From: Novosphingobium sp.
GTDB lineage: Bacteria > Pseudomonadota > Alphaproteobacteria > Sphingomonadales > Sphingomonadaceae
Reading direction: 5' to 3'
NCBI GenBank assembly: GCA_043756025.1
Contig: JAYURW010000094.1
Span: forward strand, 13,789 to 77,788
Length of the DNA: 64,000 nt
In this document: piece after piece, positions 31,273-41,117 of the stretch
How the letters are laid out: each line of letters begins with the position of its first letter
Position numbering within the stretch: position 1 is the first letter of the stretch
Made by a program: the position numbers and the translations under genes
The notes under the pieces: generated by a model
Database searches by the model: none
The model's input: the letters and a program-made list of their open reading frames with translations, nothing else
What the model was told of the DNA's origin: nothing

Positions 31273-31981
31273 CGCTGCCCCGGTTCTTGCGTCGCACCAG
31301 CTTGCCCAGATTGCCGAGCGAGGCGATTGCCATGTAGATTGGCCCCAAATGCCCGGCGCCATGCAGCTCGGCCAGCACGCCGGGTTCCAGCGCGGCGAGT
31401 TTATCCTCATCAATCAGGTGATAGCCGACCATCCGGTGCAAGGCCCCGCTGGCCAAGGTTACGTCCATCGAAAAGGGTTCGAGCAGATCGTAGCGGGCCA
31501 GCGCGGCGAAGAAATCGGCGCTGGTGCGATAGCCGTGATCCAGCGCCCCGATCATTTCGGCCACTTCGGCCAGATAGGGCGATGGTTGGCCGCGGCCATC
31601 AAACACCGCAATGCCTTCGTCGCTGCTGCTGATCCGGGGGTGGGCGATATCGACGTGGACTTGCGCTGGCCCTTCACCGTTTTGCGGCCGCCCGACCAGA
31701 AACGGCTGAACCGCCATCGCCAGCGGCTTGCAAGCCGCATCCCAGCGGTCGCCTTCGATAAACAGATTTTCGCCCGGCTCGAACCCGAACAGCGCGAGTG
31801 CCGAATAAGCCGCACGGTCGCGGTCGAACTGGAACAGGATCGGATATTCGCAGGCCAGCCGCTGAAATTCCGCCGGGACCGCCAGACAGGCCGAAACGCC
31901 GTCACCCAGCGCCGCGCTGGCCTCGGTTCGAATGCGCAATCCGCCATGGTTGGCCGGGGTGAGGATCTGGTGGTTGCTCAT
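31265..31981 (-). CDS. SapC-family protein
   Basis: EF..L..EYPILF, ALFGFEPGENLF, QPFL and IDEDKLAAL..SLGNL. Confidence 0.85.
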   Translation of the reverse strand: MSNHQILTPANHGGLRIRTEASAALGDGVSACLAVPAEFQRLACEYPILFQFDRDRAAYSALALFGFEPGENLFIEGDRWDAACKPLAMAVQPFLVGRPQNGEGPAQVHVDIAHPRISSSDEGIAVFDGRGQPSPYLAEVAEMIGALDHGYRTSADFFAALARYDLLEPFSMDVTLASGALHRMVGYHLIDEDKLAALEPGVLAELHGAGHLGPIYMAIASLGNLGKLVRRKNRGSDG

Positions 31982-32069
31982 GGTCACTCGATTTCCCGCT
32001 TAGTCCAAAACTGCACGTCCAGCATGGCCGGTTTGAGCGCGGCAAACAACACTTTGCAGGCCTGATACG

Positions 32070-32109
32070 GATCGAGAGCCGGACCCCTTGCGGGATGCGA
32101 CTCTCGATC
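32070..32109. other. Intercistronic stem-loop between the TBDR and sapC genes
   Basis: Perfect 9-bp inverted repeat GATCGAGAG...CTCTCGATC with no U-tract. Confidence 0.6.
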
Positions 32110-32138
32110 AGATAACCGGACCGGAAGACGCCGACCGA

Positions 32139-35100
32139 TCAGAAGCTGATACGGGCCCCGGCAGCATAGCGGGCATAGCCCGGCGCTGCGAAGAACACCG
32201 TCTGTTCGTTGCGCATATGGCCGCGGCGATCAGCGTTGGTGACGTTGATGCCTTCGACGAAGACCGTCAGGCCCTTCTTGAGCTCAACACTGGCGCTGAC
32301 ATCGAACTGGCCATAGGCCTCGGTGTAATAGGGGTCGAACCCGTATCCACCAAGGAATTCACCACGCCAGTTGTAAGCGACGCGGGCCTGAATGCCGTTC
32401 TTGTCATAGTATAGCACCGCGTTGGCGCTATCGCTGACCCCGTTGATCGCGAACTGGGTCGCGGTGTACCGCTGGGTGTTGTCAAACGAAGTATCGCTGC
32501 GAACAATCGTGTAGTTCAGGATAACGCCGAAGCCGGTGTTCCAAAACGAATGCTGGATCGCGAATTCCCAGCCCCACAGTTTGGCTACACGGTCGCTGTT
32601 ACCCGGCTGTGTGGTGGTGAACAGCACGTCTGGGTCATTGGGCTGACCGAGCACGCCGCGCGGCACACCGCCGACAAATTCCACCACGCTGGGGTTGTTT
32701 ACAGCCAGCCAGGCCAGAATTTGCGAAAAGCTGGGAGTACCGCCCAGTGCAGTCCGGGCCGCCGTCACCGCCGCACCTTGTGACGGATTGGTCAAATCGA
32801 ACAGCGGCTTTTGCACCGTGGAATTGGCGATGAAGTTGCTGACGCTCTTGCGGAAGAAGCCCACCGAAATGTAGCTGTCACGCCCGTAATACCATTCCGC
32901 CGCTACATCGATGTTCTTCGACTTATAGGGCATCAGACCGGGGTTACCGCTGCCTGCGGTACTGCCGCCACCGGGCCGCAGCGGCTGGTTGACAGTGATT
33001 CCGCCTTGCATCGACGTATAGTCTGGCCGGGTGATGGTGTGGCTGTACGAGGCGCGAAGCTTCACGTTTTCAATCGGCGTGATGTCAAAATCGACTGCTG
33101 GGAGCCAATTTTCATATCGGCCCTTCAGGGTCGAGAAGTCCGACTGACCACCAAAGATCAGGCCGATTTCGTTGTCTGCAACCCAGCTGGTACCAACCGG
33201 GATCGGAACCAGAGCTGACGAAGAAATCTGGGTGTCTTCGTACCGCAGACCCAGCCGCAGATGCGCTTCATCCGCGCCGATATCGAACGAATGGGTCGTC
33301 TGGATATATGGCGAAAGCGTCGTTTCGTTGATCCGCCGGTCGGTGGTGAACTTGGCAAGGCAGGTGCCCGGCTCAGCCGACCCGGTCCACGGCGCACTGC
33401 AAATCCCGATCTGGCTTTGCAGCAGATTGATCAGCCCGACCGTGTCGATCTGGAAGTAGCTGGGGATGATCCCGGTCGCGTTGGAGCCGTTCATCCCGGC
33501 CAGCCGATCCTGCAGGCCGGTCAGCGTGTAGAGACCATCCGGGGTCTGCGCCGTGGTCAGCGTGCCGCCCCAGCTGTCGCTCTGGATATTGCCAAAGGCT
33601 GAGCGGACCTTGTTGTCGGTATAGGTGACACCAAAATCGAGGCTGTCGATCATCCCATCATCGAAATCATAGCCGCCGCGGGCCGAAATCTCGTTGATCC
33701 GGTCATGCATATAGGCATTGCGGAACGCATTGCCCGAAGGGCGGATATTGGCCGCATTCAAAGTTGCCGGTGGGTACAGATTGACGTTGATTACCGGCAT
33801 GTCGCTGGTGAAATCGATCGACTGGTTCCGCACGCCATAGATCGCGCTGCCGACAGCGATGTTGCTGCCGTAGGGCGAGGTCGGCTTGCTTTCAGCGGTC
33901 GAATGGTGGGCGTCGATTTCGAACCGGGCGCCGTTGTCACCCTGCCAGCGCAAGTTGAAGCCGATCGACTTGTTGACGTTCCGGTTCGCGGCCACTGCGC
34001 CAGTGATCGCCAGATCCTTGCCGTCACCCGGACCGAAAGCTTCGGAGTAGAAGTTCGGCCCAGCCGCCGGGCCATCGGTCCAGCTGCTGGTGGTGTTAAC
34101 GTGGTTGAACCAGATCCCGATGCTGTTGGTGCGGGCATCGATGGTGTTTTGCGAATAGGTAAAATCGACCACGGCAGTCAGCGTATCGGTCGGCTTGATC
34201 TGCAGCACGGCCTGACCGTTGATCCGCTCCCGCTCAATGTCGGTGAAATCGTAGCTGGCGTTCTGGGTCACCTGATAGACGTCGGTCGCGTCCGGGCGGT
34301 TGGTAATTTGGTTGAGCAAGTTCGGATTGACGAACAGCACGCGCCAATCGTTGGCGTCAACCGGCAGCGAGCCCCAGTTGTTTTCGTTGCCCAGATAGCC
34401 TTCGCGCCACCCGGCATTGAACTGGGCCATGCTGGCTTTACGCTTTTGATAGGAACCGGTGACCAGAATACCGATCGTGTCATCGTTGAACGTCGCGCTG
34501 AGAATGCCCGACACTTCCGGGGTGATTTCAGTGCCTTCAAAGGTGTGATCGTAAACGCCCTTGATCCCGACGCTGCCGTGGAAGCCGGGGCGATCAAGCG
34601 GGCGCGGAGTGAGGATGTTAATCACCGAGCCGATCCCGCCGGTCGGCAGGCTGGCGCGGCCAGATTTGTAAACTTCAACCCCGGCGACCCCTTCGGCAGC
34701 CAGGTTGGCAAAATCGAAGCTGCGCGAGGCCGGCGCTTCGCAGCAGCTGCCGAGGCCTGAGGCGGGCATCTGGCGGCCATTGAGCAGCACTAGGTTGAAA
34801 TCGGGACCGAACCCGCGAACCGTGACTTTCGATCCTTCGCCGCTGGCGCGGTCGATCGAAACGCCGGTGATCCGCTGAAGCGATTCGGCCAAGTTGGTAT
34901 CAGGGAACTTGCCAATGTCTTCGGCAGAGATCGCATCGACCACGCCGATCGCATTGCGTTTTACGTTCAGCGATTCACGAAGGCTGGCGCGGATCCCGGT
35001 GACGAGGATTTCATTGCCCGCAGCCTCGTCAGTGGCGGCGGCTTCCTGGGCCAAAGCAGGCTGCGCGGCAGCAGCCATGGCAGCAACAGAAGCACCGAAC

Positions 35101-35141
35101 ATCATGCGTCCGAGCAAATGCGTGCGCGTTCCCTTCATCAC
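32139..35141 (-). CDS. TonB-dependent receptor (carbohydrate-uptake type)
   Basis: Signal peptide, TonB box EILVTG, plug DIGKFPDTNLAESLQRITGV and C-terminal Phe. Confidence 0.96.
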   Translation of the reverse strand: MMKGTRTHLLGRMMFGASVAAMAAAAQPALAQEAAATDEAAGNEILVTGIRASLRESLNVKRNAIGVVDAISAEDIGKFPDTNLAESLQRITGVSIDRASGEGSKVTVRGFGPDFNLVLLNGRQMPASGLGSCCEAPASRSFDFANLAAEGVAGVEVYKSGRASLPTGGIGSVINILTPRPLDRPGFHGSVGIKGVYDHTFEGTEITPEVSGILSATFNDDTIGILVTGSYQKRKASMAQFNAGWREGYLGNENNWGSLPVDANDWRVLFVNPNLLNQITNRPDATDVYQVTQNASYDFTDIERERINGQAVLQIKPTDTLTAVVDFTYSQNTIDARTNSIGIWFNHVNTTSSWTDGPAAGPNFYSEAFGPGDGKDLAITGAVAANRNVNKSIGFNLRWQGDNGARFEIDAHHSTAESKPTSPYGSNIAVGSAIYGVRNQSIDFTSDMPVINVNLYPPATLNAANIRPSGNAFRNAYMHDRINEISARGGYDFDDGMIDSLDFGVTYTDNKVRSAFGNIQSDSWGGTLTTAQTPDGLYTLTGLQDRLAGMNGSNATGIIPSYFQIDTVGLINLLQSQIGICSAPWTGSAEPGTCLAKFTTDRRINETTLSPYIQTTHSFDIGADEAHLRLGLRYEDTQISSSALVPIPVGTSWVADNEIGLIFGGQSDFSTLKGRYENWLPAVDFDITPIENVKLRASYSHTITRPDYTSMQGGITVNQPLRPGGGSTAGSGNPGLMPYKSKNIDVAAEWYYGRDSYISVGFFRKSVSNFIANSTVQKPLFDLTNPSQGAAVTAARTALGGTPSFSQILAWLAVNNPSVVEFVGGVPRGVLGQPNDPDVLFTTTQPGNSDRVAKLWGWEFAIQHSFWNTGFGVILNYTIVRSDTSFDNTQRYTATQFAINGVSDSANAVLYYDKNGIQARVAYNWRGEFLGGYGFDPYYTEAYGQFDVSASVELKKGLTVFVEGINVTNADRRGHMRNEQTVFFAAPGYARYAAGARISF

Positions 35142-35190
35142 CGATTCTCTCCCCTGAATTGCGTGCGTTTTCGCACGGACATTCGTTATT

Positions 35191-35220
35191 GTGAACGTTC
35201 ACCTAAATGATAACGTTCAC
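35191..35220. promoter_or_regulatory. Tandem LacI-type operators upstream of the TBDR gene
   Basis: Perfect palindrome GTGAACGTTCAC (35191-35202) and TGATAACGTTCAC (35208-35220). Confidence 0.8.
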
Positions 35221-35249
35221 TTGGTCAAGCCGGTTCTAGGCGCTCAGGC

Positions 35250-37130
35250 CTAGGCTGCGACCCCTTCCAACGCCTCACTGGCTTCGAGCCAAGCAAGCTC
35301 GGCCGATGCAATCGTTTGTTGCACTTCGGCGCGGCGCTTCATCAAGTCGGTCATCGTCAAGCTGGCAAGTTGCGCCGGTGCCGTGGTGGAATCAAACATC
35401 GCCAGATCAATCGTACTCAGCGATGCGGTCAGCCGTTGCAACTCAGCCTCGGCCTGCTTGGCGCGGGTCCGCAATTCTTTGTCGCGTTCGCGCGCTTCGG
35501 CGGCGGCGCGGCGCTGTTCCTTCTTGTTGACGCCCGGCTTGGCCGTGCCACCGCCCGATGATGCCACCGGGTCCTTGGCCAGCACGAAAGCGATGTAATC
35601 TTCAATCGAGCCGTCAAAATCCTTGGCCTGACCCTGATCGACCAGCACCAACCGGTCGGCCGTCATTTCCAGCATATGGCGATCGTGGCTGACAATCACC
35701 ACTGCGCCCGAATAGTCGTTGAGCGCCTGTATCAGCGCTTCGCGGGCATCGACATCAAGGTGGTTGGTCGGCTCATCTAGGATCAGCAGGTGCGGCGCAT
35801 CGCGGGTGATCAGCGCCAAAGCCAGCCGCGCCTTTTCGCCGCCCGACAGCCTGCCGACCTCGGTCGTCGCTTTGGGCCCGGAAAAGCCGAACCGGCCCAG
35901 CTGGCCGCGCACAGCCCCCGGGCTCGCGCCCTTCATCAGCTGGGTCATGTGCTGCAGTGGGGTTTCGCTGCGGTCGAGTTCCTCAACCTGATACTGGGTG
36001 AAATAGCCGACCCGCATCTTGGCGGTGGTGGTGATTGTGCCGTCCATTGGCGGCAATTGACCAGCCAGCAGCCGCGCCAGCGTGGTTTTACCGTTGCCGT
36101 TGCGGCCCAGCAGCGCGATCCGGTCTTCGGGATCAATCCGCAGGTTGAGGCGGCTGAGCACCGCTACATCGCCATAACCGACGCTGGCTTGATCCAGCGT
36201 GATCAGCGGCGGGCGCAATTCGTCTGGCCCCGGGAAATCAAAGCTCAACGACGGATCATCGATCAGTTCGGCAATCGGCTGCATCCGGGCCAAGGCCTTC
36301 GAGCGCGACTGCGCTTGCTTGGCGGTCGAGGCGCGGGCCGAATTGCGCGCGACATAGTCCTGCAGCCGCTCACGCATCGCTTGCTGCTTGACCCGGGCCG
36401 AAGCGATCTGGGCCTGACGTTCAGCACGCTGGCGTTCGAACGCGTCATAGCCGCCGGGATAAAGCGTCAGTTTTCCGCCGCTCAGATGCAGGATATGGTC
36501 GACCACGTTGTTGAGGAAATCGCGCTCGTGGCTGACCAGCAGGATCGTTGCGGGATAGGACTTGAGGAAGTCCTCCAGCCACAGCACTGCTTCCAGATCG
36601 AGGTGGTTCGACGGTTCATCGAGCAGCAGCAGATCGGGCGCGGAAAACAGCAAGGAGGCCAGCGCGACCCGCATCCGCCAGCCGCCGCTGAAGCTTTCAA
36701 GGCTGCGGTGCTGGGCATCTTCATCAAACCCCAGCCCGACCAGAATCCGCGATGCGCGGGCCGGAGCCGAATGCGCCTCAATCGCGATCAGCCGCTCGTG
36801 CACTTCGGCCAACCGGTGCGGATCGTGGCTGGCTTCGCTTTCAATCATCAGTGCGGCGCGTTCGGTATCGGCGGCCAACACGGTTTCAAATGGGCTGGCA
36901 TCGCCGCCCGGAGCTTCTTGCGCGATATAGCCGAGCCGGCTGCCGCGCGGCATATCAATCGAGCCGCCATCGGCCTCAAGCGCCCCGGTGATCACTTTGA
37001 TCAGCGTGGTCTTGCCCGCGCCGTTGCGCCCGATCAGCCCGATCCGCCCGCGTGGCGGCAGTTTGGCGGTGGCGCCATCAATGATCGTGCGGCCGCCCAG
37101 CCGGACGGTGACATCGCTAAGGTTCAGCAT
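35250..37130 (-). CDS. ABC-F family ATPase (YheS-like)
   Basis: Two Walker A motifs (GRNGAGKT, GRNGNGKT), FSGGWRMR, LSGGEK and LLLDEP; no TM segments. Confidence 0.93.
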   Translation of the reverse strand: MLNLSDVTVRLGGRTIIDGATAKLPPRGRIGLIGRNGAGKTTLIKVITGALEADGGSIDMPRGSRLGYIAQEAPGGDASPFETVLAADTERAALMIESEASHDPHRLAEVHERLIAIEAHSAPARASRILVGLGFDEDAQHRSLESFSGGWRMRVALASLLFSAPDLLLLDEPSNHLDLEAVLWLEDFLKSYPATILLVSHERDFLNNVVDHILHLSGGKLTLYPGGYDAFERQRAERQAQIASARVKQQAMRERLQDYVARNSARASTAKQAQSRSKALARMQPIAELIDDPSLSFDFPGPDELRPPLITLDQASVGYGDVAVLSRLNLRIDPEDRIALLGRNGNGKTTLARLLAGQLPPMDGTITTTAKMRVGYFTQYQVEELDRSETPLQHMTQLMKGASPGAVRGQLGRFGFSGPKATTEVGRLSGGEKARLALALITRDAPHLLILDEPTNHLDVDAREALIQALNDYSGAVVIVSHDRHMLEMTADRLVLVDQGQAKDFDGSIEDYIAFVLAKDPVASSGGGTAKPGVNKKEQRRAAAEARERDKELRTRAKQAEAELQRLTASLSTIDLAMFDSTTAPAQLASLTMTDLMKRRAEVQQTIASAELAWLEASEALEGVAA

Positions 37131-38114
37131 TTAGGTATCCTGTCTTAAACTGTGCCGCGCCGGCGCCTCGGCACCAACGTGAGCCTGTCCGCGCTGGGCG
37201 GCGAGCAATTCCTGGCGGTGGCGTTCGCGATAGCCGGCCCGCTGAGCGTCACTGCGCTCAGTGTAACAGGCCGCGCAGCTTGCCCCTTCTTCATAGAACG
37301 GCGAGGCCCGATCTTCGTCTCGCACCGGGCGGCGGCAGGCCCGGCACAAACCGTATTGGCCTTGAACCAGCTCGTGACCGACCGTTACCCGCTCGTCAAA
37401 CACGAAGCACTCGCCGTGCCACAAGCTCTGCTCGGCCGGGACTTCCTCAAGGTATTTGAGGATGCCGCCCTTGAGGTGATAAACCTGATCGACGCCCTCA
37501 GCCTTGAGGAACGCAGTCGATTTTTCGCAGCGGATCCCTCCGGTGCAGAACATCGCGACTTTCGGCGGCGTCCCCTGCCCCAGCAAGGCCTCGCGCTGAG
37601 CGCGGAACCATGCCGGGAAATCGCGAAATCTGGTGGTGCCGGGGTCAATCGCGCCAGCAAACGTGCCGACTGCCACTTCGTAAGCGTTGCGGGTGTCGAT
37701 CAAGATCGTCCCGGGATCAGAAATCAGCGCGTTCCAATCGCGCGGGTCAACATAGCGCCCGGCATCGCCCAACGGATCGATATCCGGCTGACCCATCGTG
37801 ACGATCTCTTGCTTGATCCGCACTTTCATTCGGTGGAACGGCGATTCGATCGCCGCGGAGTACTTGACCTCCAGCGCCGCGCAGCCGGGCAAACCGCGGA
37901 TATGCGCGGTAACTGCGGCGATCCCGGGCTCGCTCCCGGCAATGGTCCCGTTGATCCCCTCGCGCGCCAACAGCAGCGTGCCTTTGACCCCTTGTGCGCG
38001 GCATAGCTGCGCCAGCGGCGTGCGCACGGCGGCCGGGTCGTCAAACCGCGCAAAGTGGTAAAGCGCGGCGACGCAGACCGGTTGCGCGGCAGGCAGGCGG
38101 GTTTCGATCATCAC
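37131..38114 (-). CDS. trhO: tRNA uridine(34) hydroxylase, rhodanese-related
   Basis: EGINGT, IDTRNAYE, MFCTGGIRCEK and GECFVFDER. Confidence 0.9.
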   Translation of the reverse strand: MMIETRLPAAQPVCVAALYHFARFDDPAAVRTPLAQLCRAQGVKGTLLLAREGINGTIAGSEPGIAAVTAHIRGLPGCAALEVKYSAAIESPFHRMKVRIKQEIVTMGQPDIDPLGDAGRYVDPRDWNALISDPGTILIDTRNAYEVAVGTFAGAIDPGTTRFRDFPAWFRAQREALLGQGTPPKVAMFCTGGIRCEKSTAFLKAEGVDQVYHLKGGILKYLEEVPAEQSLWHGECFVFDERVTVGHELVQGQYGLCRACRRPVRDEDRASPFYEEGASCAACYTERSDAQRAGYRERHRQELLAAQRGQAHVGAEAPARHSLRQDT

Positions 38115-38596
38115 GCAGGCCCGATAGCGCCGCGCGCCAGCCGCACAAGCACTTCATCAAGCGCCGACAAAAACCGCGACCGGTCAGCTTTGGAAAACGG
38201 CGCCGGTCCGCCAATCTGGGTGCCGATTGAATCCCCGCCAGCACGCAGATCGGCCATGATCGCGCGGGTCGCGATGGCGCTGCCAATCGAGCTGTGCGTG
38301 AACGGCTTGCCAGTCGGGCCAAGCACCGCCGCGCCCGCTTTGAGGCAGCGATCAGCTAGCAGGATATCGGCGGTAATCACCACGCTGCCGTTGCCGCAGG
38401 CATCGGCAATCCAGTCATCCGCCGCGTCGAAGCCAGCACTGACCACCATCCGCGTGATAAGCGGATGTTCGGGCAAGCGGATCCGCGCGTTGCTGACCAC
38501 CACCACCGGCACCGCGAGGCGCAAGGCGACCTTGTAGATCTCTTCCTTGACCGGGCAAGCATCGGCATCAACCAGAATGCGCGGCGCCGCGCTCAC
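38111..38596 (-). CDS. YaiI/YqxD (UPF0178) protein
   Basis: ILVDADACPVK, DAADDWI and ITADILLA. Confidence 0.92.
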   Translation of the reverse strand: MSAAPRILVDADACPVKEEIYKVALRLAVPVVVVSNARIRLPEHPLITRMVVSAGFDAADDWIADACGNGSVVITADILLADRCLKAGAAVLGPTGKPFTHSSIGSAIATRAIMADLRAGGDSIGTQIGGPAPFSKADRSRFLSALDEVLVRLARGAIGPA

Positions 38597-40527
38597 GCCG
38601 GGCGCGGGCCCTTGCGGTGGGGTTTGCCCTTGAACGGCGGCTTGCCTTTGAAGTCGCCCTTGGACTTGAAGTCACCGTTTCCTTTAAATGGCGGTTTGCC
38701 GCCCGGTCCCGCTGGGCCTTTGTACGGAGCGGGGCGGCGATCAACACTGCCCTGCGCGGGCGCGTGGCCCGTTGAATGTGGCCGGGCATAGGGTTCGGCG
38801 CGGGGGCGCTCGTGCTGGGTGCGCTCATGCTGAGGCCGGTCGTGTTGGGGCCGCTCTTGCTGAGGCCGGTCGTGTTGGGCCGGGCCGCGGCGATTTTCGC
38901 GGGCGGTATCGCGCGGCGTTTCGGGCGAAGGCTCGATCGTGATCCCGCTTTCATCCTCGCCGCCGGGCACTGCAGTGCGGGCCAGCGATTCCTTGAACCG
39001 TGCTTCCATCGCGCGGGGAATTTGGAAGAAAGTCTCATTGGCAGCAATCCGGATCGCGCCAATCTCGTTCTTGGTGATGTGGCCGCGGCGGCACAGCAAC
39101 GGCAGCAACCAACGCGGATCGGCGTTCTGGCGGCGGCCGATATCCATCCGGAACCAGACGACATCGTCAAACCCGGCGCGGTGGTGCGCCTCGCGCAGTG
39201 GTGCTCCCGGCTTGGCCGACAAGTCGATCAGTTCTTCGGGGGCGGGTAGGCGGCTGGCATGAGCGCGGACCAACGCCAGCGCAAGTTCCTCAGCGCTTTT
39301 CGCTTCGAGCAGCTTGGCCGCCAGTTCACGCTCTTCATCGCTCGATTCAATCGGCTCCATCAATGCCGTCAGCAACCGGTCGCGGTCCTGCGCGCGGATC
39401 GTTTCAGGGGTTGGCGCGTCGATCCATTCGGCATTGATCTTGGCCCCGCGCAGCATCATTTCGACCCGGCGGCGGCGCGGATAGGGCACGATGATTACGG
39501 CGGTGCCCTTCTTGCCGGCCCGGCCTGTCCGGCCCGAACGGTGCTGTAGCGCTTCGGCATCACGCGGAATTTCAACGTGAACCACCAAGCTGAGCGAGGC
39601 GATGTCGATCCCGCGCGCGGCAACGTCAGTGGCGACGCAAACCCGTGCGCGCTTGTCGCGCAGTGCCTGCAGCGCCTGATTGCGCTCGCTCTGGCTGTGC
39701 TCACCAGACAGGGCCACGGCGGCAAACCCGCGCTCAACCAGCCCGGCATGAAGGTGGCGGACGTTGTCACGCGTGGCGCAAAACAGCATCGCGGTTTCGG
39801 CTTCGTGGAACCGCAGCAAGTTAATCACGGCGTTTTCGATGTCAGCCGGGGTAACCGCAATCGCCTGATAGATGATATCGCCGTGGCCTTGATCGTCACC
39901 GACGGTCGAAATGCGCAAGGCATCGCGCTGATAGCGCTTGGCCAGTGCGACAATCGGCTTGGGCATGGTCGCCGAAAACAGCAGCGTCCGGCGTTCGCCT
40001 GGCGTCGCGTCGAGGATTTCCTCAAGGTCATCGCGAAAGCCCATGTCGAGCATTTCGTCGGCTTCATCCAGCACCGCAAAGCGCAGCGATGCAAGGTCAA
40101 GCGCGCCGCGCTCCAGATGATCGCGCAACCGGCCCGGCGTGCCGACCACGATGTGCGCGCCCTGATACAATGCGCGGCGCTCTTTCGATGGGTCCATTCC
40201 GCCAACGCAGGTATTAATCCGCACTTTCAGACCGGCAAACAACCACTCCAGCTCGCGGCTGACCTGCAAGGCCAGTTCGCGGGTCGGCGCAATAACCAGT
40301 GCCAGCGGCGCGCCGGGCGGGGGAAAAGCATCGCTATTTGCCAACACGTCAAGTCCGATGGCGAGGCCAAAGGCGACCGTTTTGCCCGAGCCGGTGCGGG
40401 CCGAGACGACCAGGTCGCGGCCGCGCGTTTCAGGCTCGATCACTGCGGCCTGAACGGCGGTCAATGCGGTATAGCCGCGTTCGGAAAGGGCTGCGTCAAG
40501 CGGCGCGGGAAGCTCTGGAAAGGACAT
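38593..40527 (-). CDS. DEAD-box RNA helicase with a DbpA-type RNA-binding domain
   Basis: ARTGSGKT, PTRELA, TPGR, DEAD, SAT, HRSGRTGRAG and a basic low-complexity tail. Confidence 0.95.
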   Translation of the reverse strand: MSFPELPAPLDAALSERGYTALTAVQAAVIEPETRGRDLVVSARTGSGKTVAFGLAIGLDVLANSDAFPPPGAPLALVIAPTRELALQVSRELEWLFAGLKVRINTCVGGMDPSKERRALYQGAHIVVGTPGRLRDHLERGALDLASLRFAVLDEADEMLDMGFRDDLEEILDATPGERRTLLFSATMPKPIVALAKRYQRDALRISTVGDDQGHGDIIYQAIAVTPADIENAVINLLRFHEAETAMLFCATRDNVRHLHAGLVERGFAAVALSGEHSQSERNQALQALRDKRARVCVATDVAARGIDIASLSLVVHVEIPRDAEALQHRSGRTGRAGKKGTAVIIVPYPRRRRVEMMLRGAKINAEWIDAPTPETIRAQDRDRLLTALMEPIESSDEERELAAKLLEAKSAEELALALVRAHASRLPAPEELIDLSAKPGAPLREAHHRAGFDDVVWFRMDIGRRQNADPRWLLPLLCRRGHITKNEIGAIRIAANETFFQIPRAMEARFKESLARTAVPGGEDESGITIEPSPETPRDTARENRRGPAQHDRPQQERPQHDRPQHERTQHERPRAEPYARPHSTGHAPAQGSVDRRPAPYKGPAGPGGKPPFKGNGDFKSKGDFKGKPPFKGKPHRKGPRPA

Positions 40528-40694
40528 GGGTCTCAATGCAATTCGACGGTGGAAAAATAGCGCTGGCCGCGGCAATCGGCGTCGATCAAAATTGCGCCCG
40601 GCAGTGCGGGCTTAGACCAGCAATCTACCGCCCATAGCCGCAAAACGCGGTTTGCGCCACCTTCAAGTTGCAGTGCAGCAAAAGCGCGCCCGAA

Positions 40695-41117
40695 TTACAG
40701 CAGATAGCGCAGCTTGATCGTGGTCTGCACGGCGCCGTGCACCGCCAGCTCGGCCTCAGAAAATTTGGGCGCGCGCGGGCGGAACGGCGGATTGCGGGAA
40801 AAACCATAGCCGTCTTTGGGGATGCCTGCGAAGGTATCGAGCTTGCCATTGGAATTGGCATCGTGAAACACGCTGACGGCATAGTGCCCGGCCGGCAAAT
40901 CGGCGAAATGGACCGAAGCCTTTCCATTTGCAATCGGCAGTGCGGCACTGCGCACTACCTTCGTCTTGCAATCGGGGAATCCGGCATCCGGCGGACACAA
41001 CGCGACCCGGATCACGCCTTTGGCGTTCTTGATCCCGGTGATCGTCACTTCCAGCGAGGCGGTTGGCCGCGCTTCAGCCACGGCCGGGTGCGCGCTCAGC
41101 AAAGCGGCCAAGACCAC
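40695..41117 (-). CDS. DUF2141 exported protein
   Basis: YAVSVFHDANSNGKLD..GIPKDGYGFSRN. Start uncertain (41117-41162); overlaps the crtG end. Confidence 0.85.
   Translation of the reverse strand: MVLAALLSAHPAVAEARPTASLEVTITGIKNAKGVIRVALCPPDAGFPDCKTKVVRSAALPIANGKASVHFADLPAGHYAVSVFHDANSNGKLDTFAGIPKDGYGFSRNPPFRPRAPKFSEAELAVHGAVQTTIKLRYLL

Noticed and set aside
35790-37148. 452-aa plus-strand ORF, and similar long ORFs at 248-1054, 33705-34760, 39577-40560 and 59037-60551
   Set aside because: Antisense shadows of well-supported genes in GC-rich DNA, with no recognisable motifs.
38620-38880. 15-bp and 18-bp imperfect repeats (PQHDR/PQHER; GKPPFK/GDFK) in the helicase tail
   Set aside because: Ordinary low-complexity basic tail of DEAD-box helicases.
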